From a bacterium (GTDB lineage Bacteria > Patescibacteriota > Dojkabacteria > JAKAPS01 > JAJZLI01), in the NCBI GenBank assembly GCA_021816845.1, contig JAKAWT010000001.1, positions 70,087-134,086 on the forward strand: a stretch of 64,000 bases of DNA. Direction: 5' to 3'. A model generated the notes under the pieces. The model worked only from the letters and a program-made list of their open reading frames with translations, did no database searches and was not told the DNA's origin. This document shows positions 20,195 through 32,992 of the stretch, one piece after another. The first letter of the stretch is position 1; each line of letters starts with the position of its first letter. The position numbers were made by a program, and so were the translations under genes.

Positions 20195-20614
20195 TTATTT
20201 TTCAAATTTTACACTTTTATACTCATGGTTATCATCAGCATAAATATGTAAATAATTAATCATCTCTGCACCAATCTTAGTCTTAGGTAACATTCCTTTA
20301 ACTGAATTCCGAACAACATAATCTGGATTATCTTGTATCATCTTAGAATAAGGCCTAGTAGTTAAGCCTCCAGGATACATAGAATGGGAATAATAAACTT
20401 TAGTATCAATCTTTTTATCATGAATTTTTATCTCTTTAGCATTTATTAAAACTACATGGTCAGAGAAATTGAGGTTAGAAGAATATGTAGATTTACCTTT
20501 ACCTATAAGTAGTTTAGCAATATCCACAGATAAATCTCCTAATCTCTTATCCTTTGCATCTATTAGATACCATTTCCTTTCTACATCTTTTTTTGAAATA
20601 AATTTTGTTAACAT
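20195..20614 (-). CDS. rplM: 50S ribosomal protein L13
   Basis: RKWYLIDA, HSMYPGG, VKGMLPK. Confidence 0.97.
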   Translation of the reverse strand: MLTKFISKKDVERKWYLIDAKDKRLGDLSVDIAKLLIGKGKSTYSSNLNFSDHVVLINAKEIKIHDKKIDTKVYYSHSMYPGGLTTRPYSKMIQDNPDYVVRNSVKGMLPKTKIGAEMINYLHIYADDNHEYKSVKFEK

Positions 20615-20616
20615 AT

Positions 20617-20970
20617 CTAATTTATTAATCTAATTTTAACCATCCTAGAGTTATCCCCTTTCCTTACTCCTATATGGACAATAGATGTAAAACCAGAAGT
20701 CCTATCCTTATATCGATCATTTAATACCTCTAATACCTTATTTGCTGCAATTTTGGTTGGAAGGGTCTCATAAAGTCTCCTTCTGGCGTTAAGGTCCCCA
20801 GGTTTCCCTATAGATATAATCTTATCCACGAAGGAAGATACAGCCTTTGCCTTAGCTTCGGTAGTTTCTACTTCTTCATATTGGATAATAGAAGCCGCAA
20901 GATTTTTTAACATTAAATCTCTATGACCTTTTACCTTATTTAGTTTTTTTACTTTTTTTAGGTGTCTCAT
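20617..20970 (-). CDS. rplQ: 50S ribosomal protein L17
   Basis: MRH...ETTEAKAK...RKGDNS. Confidence 0.97.
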   Translation of the reverse strand: MRHLKKVKKLNKVKGHRDLMLKNLAASIIQYEEVETTEAKAKAVSSFVDKIISIGKPGDLNARRRLYETLPTKIAANKVLEVLNDRYKDRTSGFTSIVHIGVRKGDNSRMVKIRLIN

Positions 20971-21745
20971 CTTTATCCTTTTTTAAGATAGTTTTCTTTG
21001 AAATAACCTTTTTTGTAGACTTTTCAGATTTTACTTTATTTTTCATTATTTCCTTTTCAGCACTTACAGGCTCAAATTCAGAATTTAATTGATTAAATAC
21101 TAAATAAGCTTCTATCAACGCAGCTTTTAAAGCAACACTAGGACTTATAGATTTAGTATATATTTCCAGTATTATTTCATCTAAATCAGTCTCATCCCCT
21201 ACCCTAGTATTTGTTACAGTAAAATTTACTCTTGAAACAGGTGAAAAATCAGCATCAATAGGTATTACTCCAGCATAGTTTCTTTTTGAATTATCTAAAA
21301 GGCGATATCCATATGAGTTTTCAATTACAAGTTCCATTGAGAGTTGAGCTTTGGAGTCAGATAATGTAGCAATAATCTGCTCTGGGTTCCTTATTTCGAT
21401 ACTATCAGTAATATTTATATCTGAAGCTCTAACAATTCTTTCACCTTTAGCATTAATCGTTACCGTTTGAGGTTCCTCAGATCTAGATATTAATTGTAGA
21501 TTTTTTACATTTAATATTATATTCATAACGTCTTCATGAACTCCATCAATAGTAGAGTATTCATGATTTATACTATCAATCTTTACTGATGTTACTGCAG
21601 CACCTTTTAGAGATGAAAGAAGGATCCTCCTTAATGTATTTCCAACAGTATATCCATAACCCTTGTTCAATGGAGATATTGAATACTTTCCATAAGAATC
21701 ATTTTCATCTAATGTTTTTATTTTCTGTAAATCTATATTAATCAT
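20936..21745 (-). CDS. rpoA: RNA polymerase alpha subunit without the alpha-CTD
   Basis: GYGYTVGNTLRRILLSS, HEYSTIDGVHED, IDADFSPV; only 269 aa with a Lys-rich tail. Confidence 0.95.
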   Translation of the reverse strand: MINIDLQKIKTLDENDSYGKYSISPLNKGYGYTVGNTLRRILLSSLKGAAVTSVKIDSINHEYSTIDGVHEDVMNIILNVKNLQLISRSEEPQTVTINAKGERIVRASDINITDSIEIRNPEQIIATLSDSKAQLSMELVIENSYGYRLLDNSKRNYAGVIPIDADFSPVSRVNFTVTNTRVGDETDLDEIILEIYTKSISPSVALKAALIEAYLVFNQLNSEFEPVSAEKEIMKNKVKSEKSTKKVISKKTILKKDKDETPKKSKKTK

Positions 21746-21762
21746 AATTTTAAATAATAATA

Positions 21763-22383
21763 TTATCTAGAATAGTATTCTACCACAAGACTAGGTTGAA
21801 TACTTGGGTCAAAAAAATCTTTTTCAGGTAGAGATTCAATTGTAGCTTTATCTTTAGATACATTAATCCAGTTTGGTATATTTAGCTCAACTCCTTTCAG
21901 AGGATCTTTGAAAAACTCCGTATCCATACTTTTTATCTTTAACTCTATTACATCATTAGGATTCAATAAAGTTGAAGGTACATTATTTGATCTCCCATTA
22001 ATAGTAAAATGTCCATGAGTAACTAATTGTCTTGCTGTAGCCCTATTTGGGGCATACCCTATCCTGAATACCACGTTATCAAATCTCCTCTCTAAAACTT
22101 GTAATAATGTTAATCCTGTATCACCTTTTTTCTGAAGAGCTATATCATAATATCTCCTAAATTGTTTCTCTAAAATTCCATACATTCTCTTAATTTTTTG
22201 TTTTTCCCTGAATTGTATAGCGAAATTTGACTGCCTTTTATAAGAGAATCTATTAGATCCTGGTAAAGCACCATTCCTCCTTATAAATGGGCACTTAGAT
22301 GTATAACACTTAGAACCCTTTAAATAGAGCTTTTGGTGTTCCCTTAAACATTGTTTACATTTTGATTCAGTATATTTTGCCAT
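21763..22383 (-). CDS. rpsD: 30S ribosomal protein S4 (Zn-binding form)
   Basis: CKQCLRE...KC...KC; LERRFDNVVFR; ARQLVTHGH. Confidence 0.98.
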   Translation of the reverse strand: MAKYTESKCKQCLREHQKLYLKGSKCYTSKCPFIRRNGALPGSNRFSYKRQSNFAIQFREKQKIKRMYGILEKQFRRYYDIALQKKGDTGLTLLQVLERRFDNVVFRIGYAPNRATARQLVTHGHFTINGRSNNVPSTLLNPNDVIELKIKSMDTEFFKDPLKGVELNIPNWINVSKDKATIESLPEKDFFDPSIQPSLVVEYYSR

Positions 22384-22386
22384 AGT

Positions 22387-22767
22387 TTATTTTCTAGGTT
22401 GTTTCTTAGCCCTACATCCATTATGTGGAATAGGTGTTATATCAGATAAAGATAATATTTTAAGCCCTGATGATTTTAAACTTTTTACAGCCATTTGTCT
22501 ACCCATACCCGGACCAGATATGAACACATCTACATCAGAAAGACCATATTTTTGAGATTTTAAAACTGCATCCTCTGCAACTCTAGAAGCTGCAAAAGGA
22601 GTACTTTTACGAGCTCCTTTAAATCCAACAACTCCAGCAGATGATGATGCAAGAACATTTCCTGATATATCTGTTAAAGTTACTATAGTATTATTAAAAG
22701 TAGAAGCAACGTATGCCTTTCCTTTAGTAATTCTAACTTTTTCTTTTCTAATTTTTTTTTCTGCCAT
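22387..22767 (-). CDS. rpsK: 30S ribosomal protein S11
   Basis: STFNNTIVT, RKSTPFAA, TPIPHNGCR. Confidence 0.98.
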   Translation of the reverse strand: MAEKKIRKEKVRITKGKAYVASTFNNTIVTLTDISGNVLASSSAGVVGFKGARKSTPFAASRVAEDAVLKSQKYGLSDVDVFISGPGMGRQMAVKSLKSSGLKILSLSDITPIPHNGCRAKKQPRK

Positions 22768-22768
22768 A

Positions 22769-23170
22769 TTATTTCTTCTCTATTTTTTTATTTAAACCTC
22801 CAACTGCAACTCTGACCTTACCTTTTCTTGTACGAGCATTATGCCTTGTACGTTGGCCTCTAACAGGTAATCCAATTTTATGTCTAACACCTCTGTAGGA
22901 ACGTATATCTCTTAATCTTTTTATATCTTGATAAACTTTTTGTCTTAGATTACCTTCTACTAAAATATCCCCCCCCTCTATAGCAGACCTTATTCTTGCT
23001 ATTTCGTCATCTGTTAAATCATATGTCCTCTTGTCAAGACTTATCCTTGCTCTTTCAAGTATTTTTCTAGATACAGAAACCCCTACTCCAAATATACTTG
23101 TAAGGCTTATTTCTATTCTTTTTTTTACAGGTAATTCAACACCTGCAATTCTTACTTGATTTTGTGCCAT
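22769..23170 (-). CDS. rpsM: 30S ribosomal protein S13
   Basis: [26 protein letters not shown]. Confidence 0.98.
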   Translation of the reverse strand: MAQNQVRIAGVELPVKKRIEISLTSIFGVGVSVSRKILERARISLDKRTYDLTDDEIARIRSAIEGGDILVEGNLRQKVYQDIKRLRDIRSYRGVRHKIGLPVRGQRTRHNARTRKGKVRVAVGGLNKKIEKK

Positions 23171-23286
23171 TATCCTTGTCTTTGTTTATGCTTAGGAGAT
23201 CTCTTACAATATACAAAAAGTACTCTCTGTCTTTTTACGACATAGCAACTTTTACATATTTTTTTCACAGAAGACCTAACCTTCAT
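23170..23286 (-). CDS. rpmJ: 50S ribosomal protein L36
   Basis: Own translation, below the ORF-track cutoff: [38 protein letters not shown]. Confidence 0.97.
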   Translation of the reverse strand: MKVRSSVKKICKSCYVVKRQRVLFVYCKRSPKHKQRQG

Positions 23287-23288
23287 AA

Positions 23289-23528
23289 TTAATATCTATA
23301 AATTATTCTCCCTCTTTTCAAATCATATTTTGAGATTTCAACCTTAACTTTGTCACCTACCAATATCTTTATATAATGCATTTTCATCTTCCCAGAAAGA
23401 TAAGCAAAAACCTCCCTACCATTTTCAAGCTCTACTTTAAAAGATAAATCCGGATATGCCTCTTTAACAACACCATTAAAATCTATTTTATCTTTTTTAT
23501 CTTTACCTTGAGTCTGGGCTCCTTCCAT
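23289..23528 (-). CDS. infA: Translation initiation factor IF-1
   Basis: FKVELENG...[17 protein letters not shown]...[11 protein letters not shown]. Confidence 0.98.
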   Translation of the reverse strand: MEGAQTQGKDKKDKIDFNGVVKEAYPDLSFKVELENGREVFAYLSGKMKMHYIKILVGDKVKVEISKYDLKRGRIIYRY

Positions 23529-23609
23529 AAATATTATTTTAAAAACACAAGAAATATTATAACAGAGAAATATTAAGTGTGCAACATATAAATATAAAAA
23601 TCAAGGTTG

Positions 23610-23656
23610 CGGGCTGAGGTCTTGATTGTTTTTTAACAAAAAAGACCTCGAGCCCG
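23610..23656. other. GC-rich stem-loop downstream of the small membrane gene (possible terminator or structured RNA)
   Basis: CGGGCT-GAGGTCTT ... AAGACCTC-G-AGCCCG inverted repeat with an inner TTGTT/AACAA stem. Confidence 0.55.
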
Positions 23657-23666
23657 AGAGGAGAGA

Positions 23667-23876
23667 CTATAAAGTCTGATGTTCTCCAGGGATTTTCATC
23701 CTCATTGCTTCAGTTAATATATAACCTAAAGTCATACCAGTTAATACTGATGTTATTACTATAAAGATTTCTGCCTTAAATAACAGACCACTTATAGCCC
23801 CACCCGCTGTACCAAGTAATGGAGTCAACCAATAACCAAAAGCAACTCTAACATAGTATATGAACTTATCAGCCAT
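23667..23876 (-). CDS. Small two-TM hydrophobic protein
   Basis: ATG 23876 (MADKF...) preceded by an AAAGGAGA Shine-Dalgarno sequence. Confidence 0.65.
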   Translation of the reverse strand: MADKFIYYVRVAFGYWLTPLLGTAGGAISGLLFKAEIFIVITSVLTGMTLGYILTEAMRMKIPGEHQTL

Positions 23877-24011
23877 AAAGTCTCCTTTTAGAGAGGTTGA
23901 AGACAAAATATTTGTCTTCTTTGCCTACATCAGGATTTCTCCTAGAATGGAGTATATCATATAATTCTATGGGTTCAAAATTGGATATATCTTTATGATA
24001 TAATTGATGTT

Positions 24012-25733
24012 ATGTTAGATAAGGATCAGATAAATACAATTAAGAATCGAATTAATATTGTGGATATAGCATCCGAACATTTAAGCCTAAAAAAAACAGG
24101 TAGATCCTATTTTGCATTATGTCCATTCCATCAAGAAAATACTCCATCTTTTTCAATTAATGAAGATTTTCAATTTTTTCATTGTTTTGGTTGTCAAGAA
24201 TCCGGCGATGTAATAACATTTATTGAGAAAATAGAGAACATCGATTTCAATGAGGCTATTGAAATTTTAGCAAAAAGAGCAGGTGTGAAAATAGAAAAGA
24301 AATATGATAAAAATGATGTGCAAAGATCAAATAGAATCGACATTCTACGGATAAACACTTTAGTCGTAGATTTCTTTCAGTCAGAACTATTAAAAAGTAG
24401 GGAGGCTATATCATATTTACAAAAAAGATCTATAAAGAAAGAAAGTGTTAAGACTTTTAAAATTGGGTATAACCCAAAAGGGGATAATCTCACAAGATTT
24501 TTAAAGTCTAAAGGAATTTCTAGGGAATTAGCAATAAAATATGGTTTTACAAAGAATCCAGATTCAAAAGATAGTAAGAATCAAATATTACTACATGACA
24601 AATTTCAAAACAGAATCGTATTTCCAATATCTAATATTAAAGGTAACATAATAGGTTTTACGTCAAGAGCAATTGATGACAGGAGCATACCAAAATACTT
24701 AAATTCACCAGAAACAGATGTTTTTAAAAAAAGTGATGTACTATATGGAATTGATGTTGCTAAAAATCATATCACAAAACAAGACTTTGTTATAATTACT
24801 GAGGGTAATATAGATGTTATACAATCTAATCAAAATGGAATCTTAAACATAGTGGGTATTCAAGGGACAGCTATAACTGAGAACCATCTGAATATGCTGA
24901 AAAGATTTACAAACAATATATATTTCGCATTTGACTCTGATAAGGCAGGTTATCTCGCATTAAGAAAAAGTTCTTTGTTAGCTGAAAATAGGAATTTCAA
25001 TACAATGGTAATAGATCTTGGAGAAGCTAAAGATATTGATGAATACATATTAAAATATGGTAAAGAGAGATGGCATTTAGCAGTCAGCAAGGCTAAGGAT
25101 TATTTATCTTTTATAATGGATTATGAAATAAATAATAATAATATTAAAAGCTATAAGGGCAAAATAGCAGTTATTGAGAATATATCAATAGTATTAAAAA
25201 GTATACCTAATGCTATAAAAAAGAGTTTTTTTGTATCAGAACTTTCTAAGAGACTTGATCTTAGTTTTGATACTATAGATCAATACATTCAAAAAAATGT
25301 TAGAGAACAACCTATAGATAGTATATCTAAAGAAATTCATAAAACTCGTATCAATAAAAATATTGAAATCTATTTTATATATATAATAATTAATTATCCA
25401 GAATTGAGAAGCTTGGCAATTTCAAATATAAAACCAGATTATCTAAAAGATCCATATTCAAAGAAAATCTATGAACATCTTATTCTAAATAACTTTACAA
25501 AGGATATAGATACAATAGATATGAGTATACAAAGATCTGTTAGTCAAGAATACATTATGAATGATGACATTAAAAAAATAGAAATTGATATTTCAAATAT
25601 AGTGAAAATAATTAAAAACAGATATATAAAAGATACAATTAAGGATCTTAAAAACCAACTCAAAAATGACCCTAAAGAGAACCAAAGAATACTTAAAAAA
25701 ATAGGACGATTATCCTCAGAATATATACAATAA
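24012..25733 (+). CDS. dnaG: DNA primase
   Basis: CPFH..CFGC zinc finger, KYLNSPET, TOPRIM EGNID and FDSDKAG. Confidence 0.98.
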   Translation: MLDKDQINTIKNRINIVDIASEHLSLKKTGRSYFALCPFHQENTPSFSINEDFQFFHCFGCQESGDVITFIEKIENIDFNEAIEILAKRAGVKIEKKYDKNDVQRSNRIDILRINTLVVDFFQSELLKSREAISYLQKRSIKKESVKTFKIGYNPKGDNLTRFLKSKGISRELAIKYGFTKNPDSKDSKNQILLHDKFQNRIVFPISNIKGNIIGFTSRAIDDRSIPKYLNSPETDVFKKSDVLYGIDVAKNHITKQDFVIITEGNIDVIQSNQNGILNIVGIQGTAITENHLNMLKRFTNNIYFAFDSDKAGYLALRKSSLLAENRNFNTMVIDLGEAKDIDEYILKYGKERWHLAVSKAKDYLSFIMDYEINNNNIKSYKGKIAVIENISIVLKSIPNAIKKSFFVSELSKRLDLSFDTIDQYIQKNVREQPIDSISKEIHKTRINKNIEIYFIYIIINYPELRSLAISNIKPDYLKDPYSKKIYEHLILNNFTKDIDTIDMSIQRSVSQEYIMNDDIKKIEIDISNIVKIIKNRYIKDTIKDLKNQLKNDPKENQRILKKIGRLSSEYIQ

Positions 25734-25781
25734 TATACCAATTAAAATTCTTGATAATTTGGATATCCCCTCTCTATACGA

Positions 25782-25810
25782 TTGACAAAAAGATATAAAT
25801 GTGATAGAAT
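25782..25810 (+). promoter_or_regulatory. Sigma70-type promoter upstream of the lytic transglycosylase gene
   Basis: TTGACA, 17-bp spacer containing TG, then TAGAAT. Confidence 0.6.
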
Positions 25811-25897
25811 ACTGCTTGTGTTTAATTTTTCCCACCTGTAGTTTATTTAATTTTATTTATATTACAGGGCTAAAATTAGTAGTTACACAAATATTAA

Positions 25898-26470
25898 ATG
25901 AATACAATTGATGTATCGAAGCGATCGCCTAAATGGCTATTGTTTATATTAGCTTCTCTTATTATCCCCCCAATAATTTTTGCTAAACCAATAAATTACA
26001 ATCAAATAAAGAACAATTCAGAAAACCATGTCATGAAGAATAGTTTTCATAGCAAGGCTGTAACACTAACTACATTAACAACAAGAATCAAACCTGCAGA
26101 AAAAATTCAGGAATCTATAGTAGGAGTTAAAGAAGCAGTGTTTGCAACTTACACACCTTCTGTAGTAACACCTCCATCTAATACATATTTATCTGGAGAG
26201 AGTGTTTATTTACCTACAATTAATGCTGCAGCATCAAAATATGGTTTAAATCCAGAATTATTAATCAGCATCATTTCTTGCGAAAGTGGATTTAATCCTA
26301 GAGCATATAACCCTTCTGGAGCATCTGGTATAGCACAATTTATGCCTTCAACCTTTTATGGAAGTTGGAATATATATAGTGGAGGTGGGTTATGGAATCC
26401 TACGTCACAAATATACGCTATGGCACTAAAAATTTCTCAAGGAGGATTAACTGCTTGGGTATGCAGATAA
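25898..26470 (+). CDS. Secreted lytic transglycosylase (SLT domain)
   Basis: Signal/TM; IISCESGFNPRAYN.SGASGIAQFMPSTF. Confidence 0.9.
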   Translation: MNTIDVSKRSPKWLLFILASLIIPPIIFAKPINYNQIKNNSENHVMKNSFHSKAVTLTTLTTRIKPAEKIQESIVGVKEAVFATYTPSVVTPPSNTYLSGESVYLPTINAAASKYGLNPELLISIISCESGFNPRAYNPSGASGIAQFMPSTFYGSWNIYSGGGLWNPTSQIYAMALKISQGGLTAWVCR

Positions 26471-26484
26471 TTATAAATTAACTA

Positions 26485-27234
26485 TCAATAGCTAACGTTT
26501 ACACCTGCAAGATTGGGTACAAGATAGTATTTACCATTCATATTCTCTACCATTTGTGATGCATCAAACTGTACTGCAACATAAGTTGTTTGAAGATTAT
26601 GAATACTGAATGTCTGAGCGATCTCTAAATAATCATTTGATGCAACAACCAAATTCTTAGTAACGCCATTAATCGTCGCAGTAGCTGATGCTATATATAG
26701 CTTAATATCACTATATGAACCAGAAATAAGTGATGTAGAGCCTAAATACTCTATATTTTGTGAAGAAAGAGACAATAAATTTGAAGTAACATTATTTGTT
26801 AGATCTAATGTCTCCCACCCATTATACTTATAAGATTTTGTATTCGTAGTGTTATTATTATATTTAACTTCAACCTTTCTGAATACTATTGACACATTCT
26901 GTGGAGAGACTAAATCCTTAGTATTTGACTGAATAGCATTTGTCCCATCTGTGATCCCAAACTGCAAGTTTCCTTGTAAATTTTTAGGATATTGGTTAGA
27001 AAAATTTAATTTATAATTTGCAGGCCCCTGATCTATTGCAGCAGTAGGAATATTATTTTGGACATTAGAAGAACTGTTTTGTGCAACTATATTAGAAGCA
27101 TGTTCTAAGGATGAGCCAATAAGTATACCCACTGATAATATTATTGCTACAAAAACAGCAATCCACAGAACTTTAGTCCAATTAATCTCCATATCGTTAT
27201 TTAGAGGATTTGTCAATACATGTTTTATTCCCAT
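26485..27234 (-). CDS. DUF4382-like membrane-anchored protein
   Basis: GITD, VEV, LLSL, GSYSDIKL, FDASQM pattern. Confidence 0.65.
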   Translation of the reverse strand: MGIKHVLTNPLNNDMEINWTKVLWIAVFVAIILSVGILIGSSLEHASNIVAQNSSSNVQNNIPTAAIDQGPANYKLNFSNQYPKNLQGNLQFGITDGTNAIQSNTKDLVSPQNVSIVFRKVEVKYNNNTTNTKSYKYNGWETLDLTNNVTSNLLSLSSQNIEYLGSTSLISGSYSDIKLYIASATATINGVTKNLVVASNDYLEIAQTFSIHNLQTTYVAVQFDASQMVENMNGKYYLVPNLAGVNVSY

Positions 27235-27251
27235 AAATATAATTTTATAAA

Positions 27252-27761
27252 TTATTTACTAGGGTGTGTCTTATAATATTCTACAATAGAAGTATACACC
27301 TTTGATGTTTTTGCTAAGTCTTCAGTAAATAACACATCCTGTGTATTTATTCTCATTTGATCCATAGGTCCATATGACAAAGATGGAGAAAGATGTATCA
27401 ATGTATACTGAGATTGATTATTATTGCTACTAGAGCTCCCAGAAGAACTGTTCAATTTTAAATAAAACACCTTATCCAAATAAATCCACTGACTAGATAT
27501 GCTTTCTATTTGTCCAAAATATATACTAGAAGTAGAATTATTTAAAAATACAGCCTGATAACCAGAACTACCTTTTAGTGGAACATATGAAGAACCATTT
27601 TGTGATCTAACTCCACCTATATTAAGAAAAAAACCCACAATTACTAAAAACACAACTATAATTATGGCCGCCATAGGGATTATCTGAAACTCACCTCCCA
27701 ATCCTCTACTGGCTTCAGCAGTAACATCTGCATACTTATAAACATTTTGTTGATTATTCAT
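27252..27761 (-). CDS. Membrane-anchored hypothetical protein (Sm-like beta domain, CPR-type)
   Basis: TM; YQAVFL...YFG...L.KVFYL...GP.DQMRIN..DVLFTEDL. Confidence 0.65.
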   Translation of the reverse strand: MNNQQNVYKYADVTAEASRGLGGEFQIIPMAAIIIVVFLVIVGFFLNIGGVRSQNGSSYVPLKGSSGYQAVFLNNSTSSIYFGQIESISSQWIYLDKVFYLKLNSSSGSSSSNNNQSQYTLIHLSPSLSYGPMDQMRINTQDVLFTEDLAKTSKVYTSIVEYYKTHPSK

Positions 27762-27823
27762 ATATGTAATTATTAAAATAAATAAAATTAAATGTCAATA
27801 CCACTAAAACTAATAGTAATAAA

Positions 27824-28816
27824 TTACTCTACATAAGGGAAATATAAATAGAAAACAGATCCCTTATTTTCAGTAGACTCTGCTTTTATATGTCCTCCCA
27901 ACTTCTCAATACCTATTTTGGATATATACAACCCCAAACCAATACCATCATAATTATAATTAAGCATATCTGTTTTCCTTGTAAAAGGTGTAAACAAATC
28001 TTCTTCATGGACATTTGAGAAACCTATTCCTGTGTCAGATATTTTAATAACATAAAATTTGTCCTCTTTGTAGAAAGATATTGATATAATACCATCTTTT
28101 TTATTGAATTTAATAGCATTGGATACTACATTTGCAATAATAGTTTCTAATATACTCTTATTGGTTTTTATTATTTTTAAATTTGAATCAAAAGAGTATC
28201 CTATGGCAATATTATTTAAATGATTCTCTTTATCTACAACATTTTTCACCAATTCTTCAATATTTATAGATTCAGTAGTTATATCTTGTGAACTAGCTTG
28301 AAAAAAAATCAAACTTAGAATTTCTTCAATTATTTGATTCAAATCGCTGGCACTTTTAGATATCCTGTCAACAATTTTTTTATCCTCTAAAGATAAGTTG
28401 TTATTATCTTTAAGTATGTCTATATAACCAGAAAGCGATGATACTGGAGTCCTGAGGTTATGAGATACAAGATAGATAAAATCATCTTTCATTTTATCTA
28501 TTTTATATGACTCATTTTGGAGCTTCATAAAATCTGTCCTTAGTTTACTTAAAGAGGTATTTAGATTTACAAATTCTGGGTTTTCAAAATTTGGAGTGAA
28601 ATTTATATTACCAATTTTTATAGCTTCACCAAGTTCTTTAACCTTGAATATGTCAGATATGTAATTTCTAAAAAGAAATAGTAAACAAAGTATAAAACAT
28701 AAAATCAACACAAAGAACAACACTGACAAAAAAGTCAGTCCAAACACAATGAAGTTAAATGTTACAAAAACTATAAATAGCAGTAAAACTATATATAGCC
28801 TATTCTTCATTGTCAT
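27824..28816 (-). CDS. Orphan sensor histidine kinase
   Basis: H-box SHNLRTPV, N-box NVVSNAIKF, DTGIG, GIGLGLYI; two TMs. Confidence 0.93.
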   Translation of the reverse strand: MTMKNRLYIVLLLFIVFVTFNFIVFGLTFLSVLFFVLILCFILCLLFLFRNYISDIFKVKELGEAIKIGNINFTPNFENPEFVNLNTSLSKLRTDFMKLQNESYKIDKMKDDFIYLVSHNLRTPVSSLSGYIDILKDNNNLSLEDKKIVDRISKSASDLNQIIEEILSLIFFQASSQDITTESINIEELVKNVVDKENHLNNIAIGYSFDSNLKIIKTNKSILETIIANVVSNAIKFNKKDGIISISFYKEDKFYVIKISDTGIGFSNVHEEDLFTPFTRKTDMLNYNYDGIGLGLYISKIGIEKLGGHIKAESTENKGSVFYLYFPYVE

Positions 28817-28820
28817 AATT

Positions 28821-29006
28821 TTATCCTAAAAATGTACTTCCATTCTTTGCATCTAGAGATAACAATAATAACACTATTGCAATTAACATATAATCACTAG
28901 GTTTAAAGAGTAATCTCATATTAGAAGCAAAAAATCCTAAAGCTCCAAGTAATATAGCTAAAATACCTAAATAAAATAGAACTTTTTGAAAAGTTTTTGA
29001 TTTCAT
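28821..29006 (-). CDS. Small two-TM membrane protein
   Basis: ATG 29006 preceded by a perfect AGGAGGTGA SD. Confidence 0.7.
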   Translation of the reverse strand: MKSKTFQKVLFYLGILAILLGALGFFASNMRLLFKPSDYMLIAIVLLLLSLDAKNGSTFLG

Positions 29007-29048
29007 AAAAATCACCTCCTTTTGTTTTTATATAAAAAAAATAAATAA

Positions 29049-29585
29049 CTATTTAAACTTTCTCTTGTACTCTTCTATTGTATCTTTTATAAAATCCTGT
29101 GCAACCTTTTTACTCTCCCATCCTTCTACTTTAGTGTATTTATCTTTCATTAGGTTTTTATAATTTTCAAAAAAGAATTCTATTTCTTTTAATTTATGTC
29201 CATGCAAATCAGATAATTCATTAACGTTATTATAATGAGGATCATCTACAGGTACGCCAAAAATTTTATGGTCTAACTCCCCAGTATCATCCATCTTCAT
29301 CATACCCAAAATTTTAACGTTAATCACTACTCCAGGGAACGTTGGTTGAGATGATAGGCACATTATATCCATTGGATCATTATCATATTTATTCCATGTT
29401 TGAGGTATTAAACCATATTCAATAGGATAAGGTAATGGAGCGTAAGTAGCTCTATCTAACATTAAAACACCATATTTCTTATTAAATTCAATTTTACCAT
29501 GATACCCACGAGGGTTCTCTACAATCATATATACTGTTTCTGGAAAGTTGTCGCTTGTTGGTAATTCATGAAAAATATTAGACAT
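29049..29585 (-). CDS. ppa: Inorganic pyrophosphatase (family I)
   Basis: YGLIPQTW..DNDPMD, DDTGELDHK, FFENYK. Confidence 0.95.
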   Translation of the reverse strand: MSNIFHELPTSDNFPETVYMIVENPRGYHGKIEFNKKYGVLMLDRATYAPLPYPIEYGLIPQTWNKYDNDPMDIMCLSSQPTFPGVVINVKILGMMKMDDTGELDHKIFGVPVDDPHYNNVNELSDLHGHKLKEIEFFFENYKNLMKDKYTKVEGWESKKVAQDFIKDTIEEYKRKFK

Positions 29586-29716
29586 ATCAAATTTTTGATA
29601 AAATAATTATAGACCCTAAGACCTAACAAAGATTATTAACCATTTTAAAAAAAAATACAATAATATATATAAAACCTATTAGATAGATAAAGTATTCTGA
29701 AGAAATAAATCTGTAA

Positions 29717-30490
<774 letters not shown>

Positions 30491-30506
30491 ATCGTATTTT
30501 ATTTTT

Positions 30507-30767
30507 CTAGGTAAAATTCACAAATACTTTAGCTTGATTATTTGTAAAGACCAAAATACCATTATCAATAGTAATAAATTTTTCCTCTTTGGATCCTTTT
30601 TCGAGGTATTTAATCTTACCTGATAATAATATAGATACAAAATTTATATGATTTTTAAGTATGTCAAAATCTCCAATTTGACTTTTTGCAGAGAAATGAG
30701 AGACCTCTCCATCAAATAATCCTCCTTTCAAAGATAATATTTTTAGGGTAAAATATTCTTTATCCAT
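30507..30767 (-). CDS. atpC: F1 epsilon-like subunit, N-terminal beta domain only
   Basis: LFDGEV...GDFDILKNHINF...GILVF..NQAKVF; 86 aa; downstream of atpD. Confidence 0.85.
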   Translation of the reverse strand: MDKEYFTLKILSLKGGLFDGEVSHFSAKSQIGDFDILKNHINFVSILLSGKIKYLEKGSKEEKFITIDNGILVFTNNQAKVFVNFT

Positions 30768-30770
30768 AGT

Positions 30771-32988
<2,218 letters not shown>

Positions 32989-32992
<4 letters not shown>

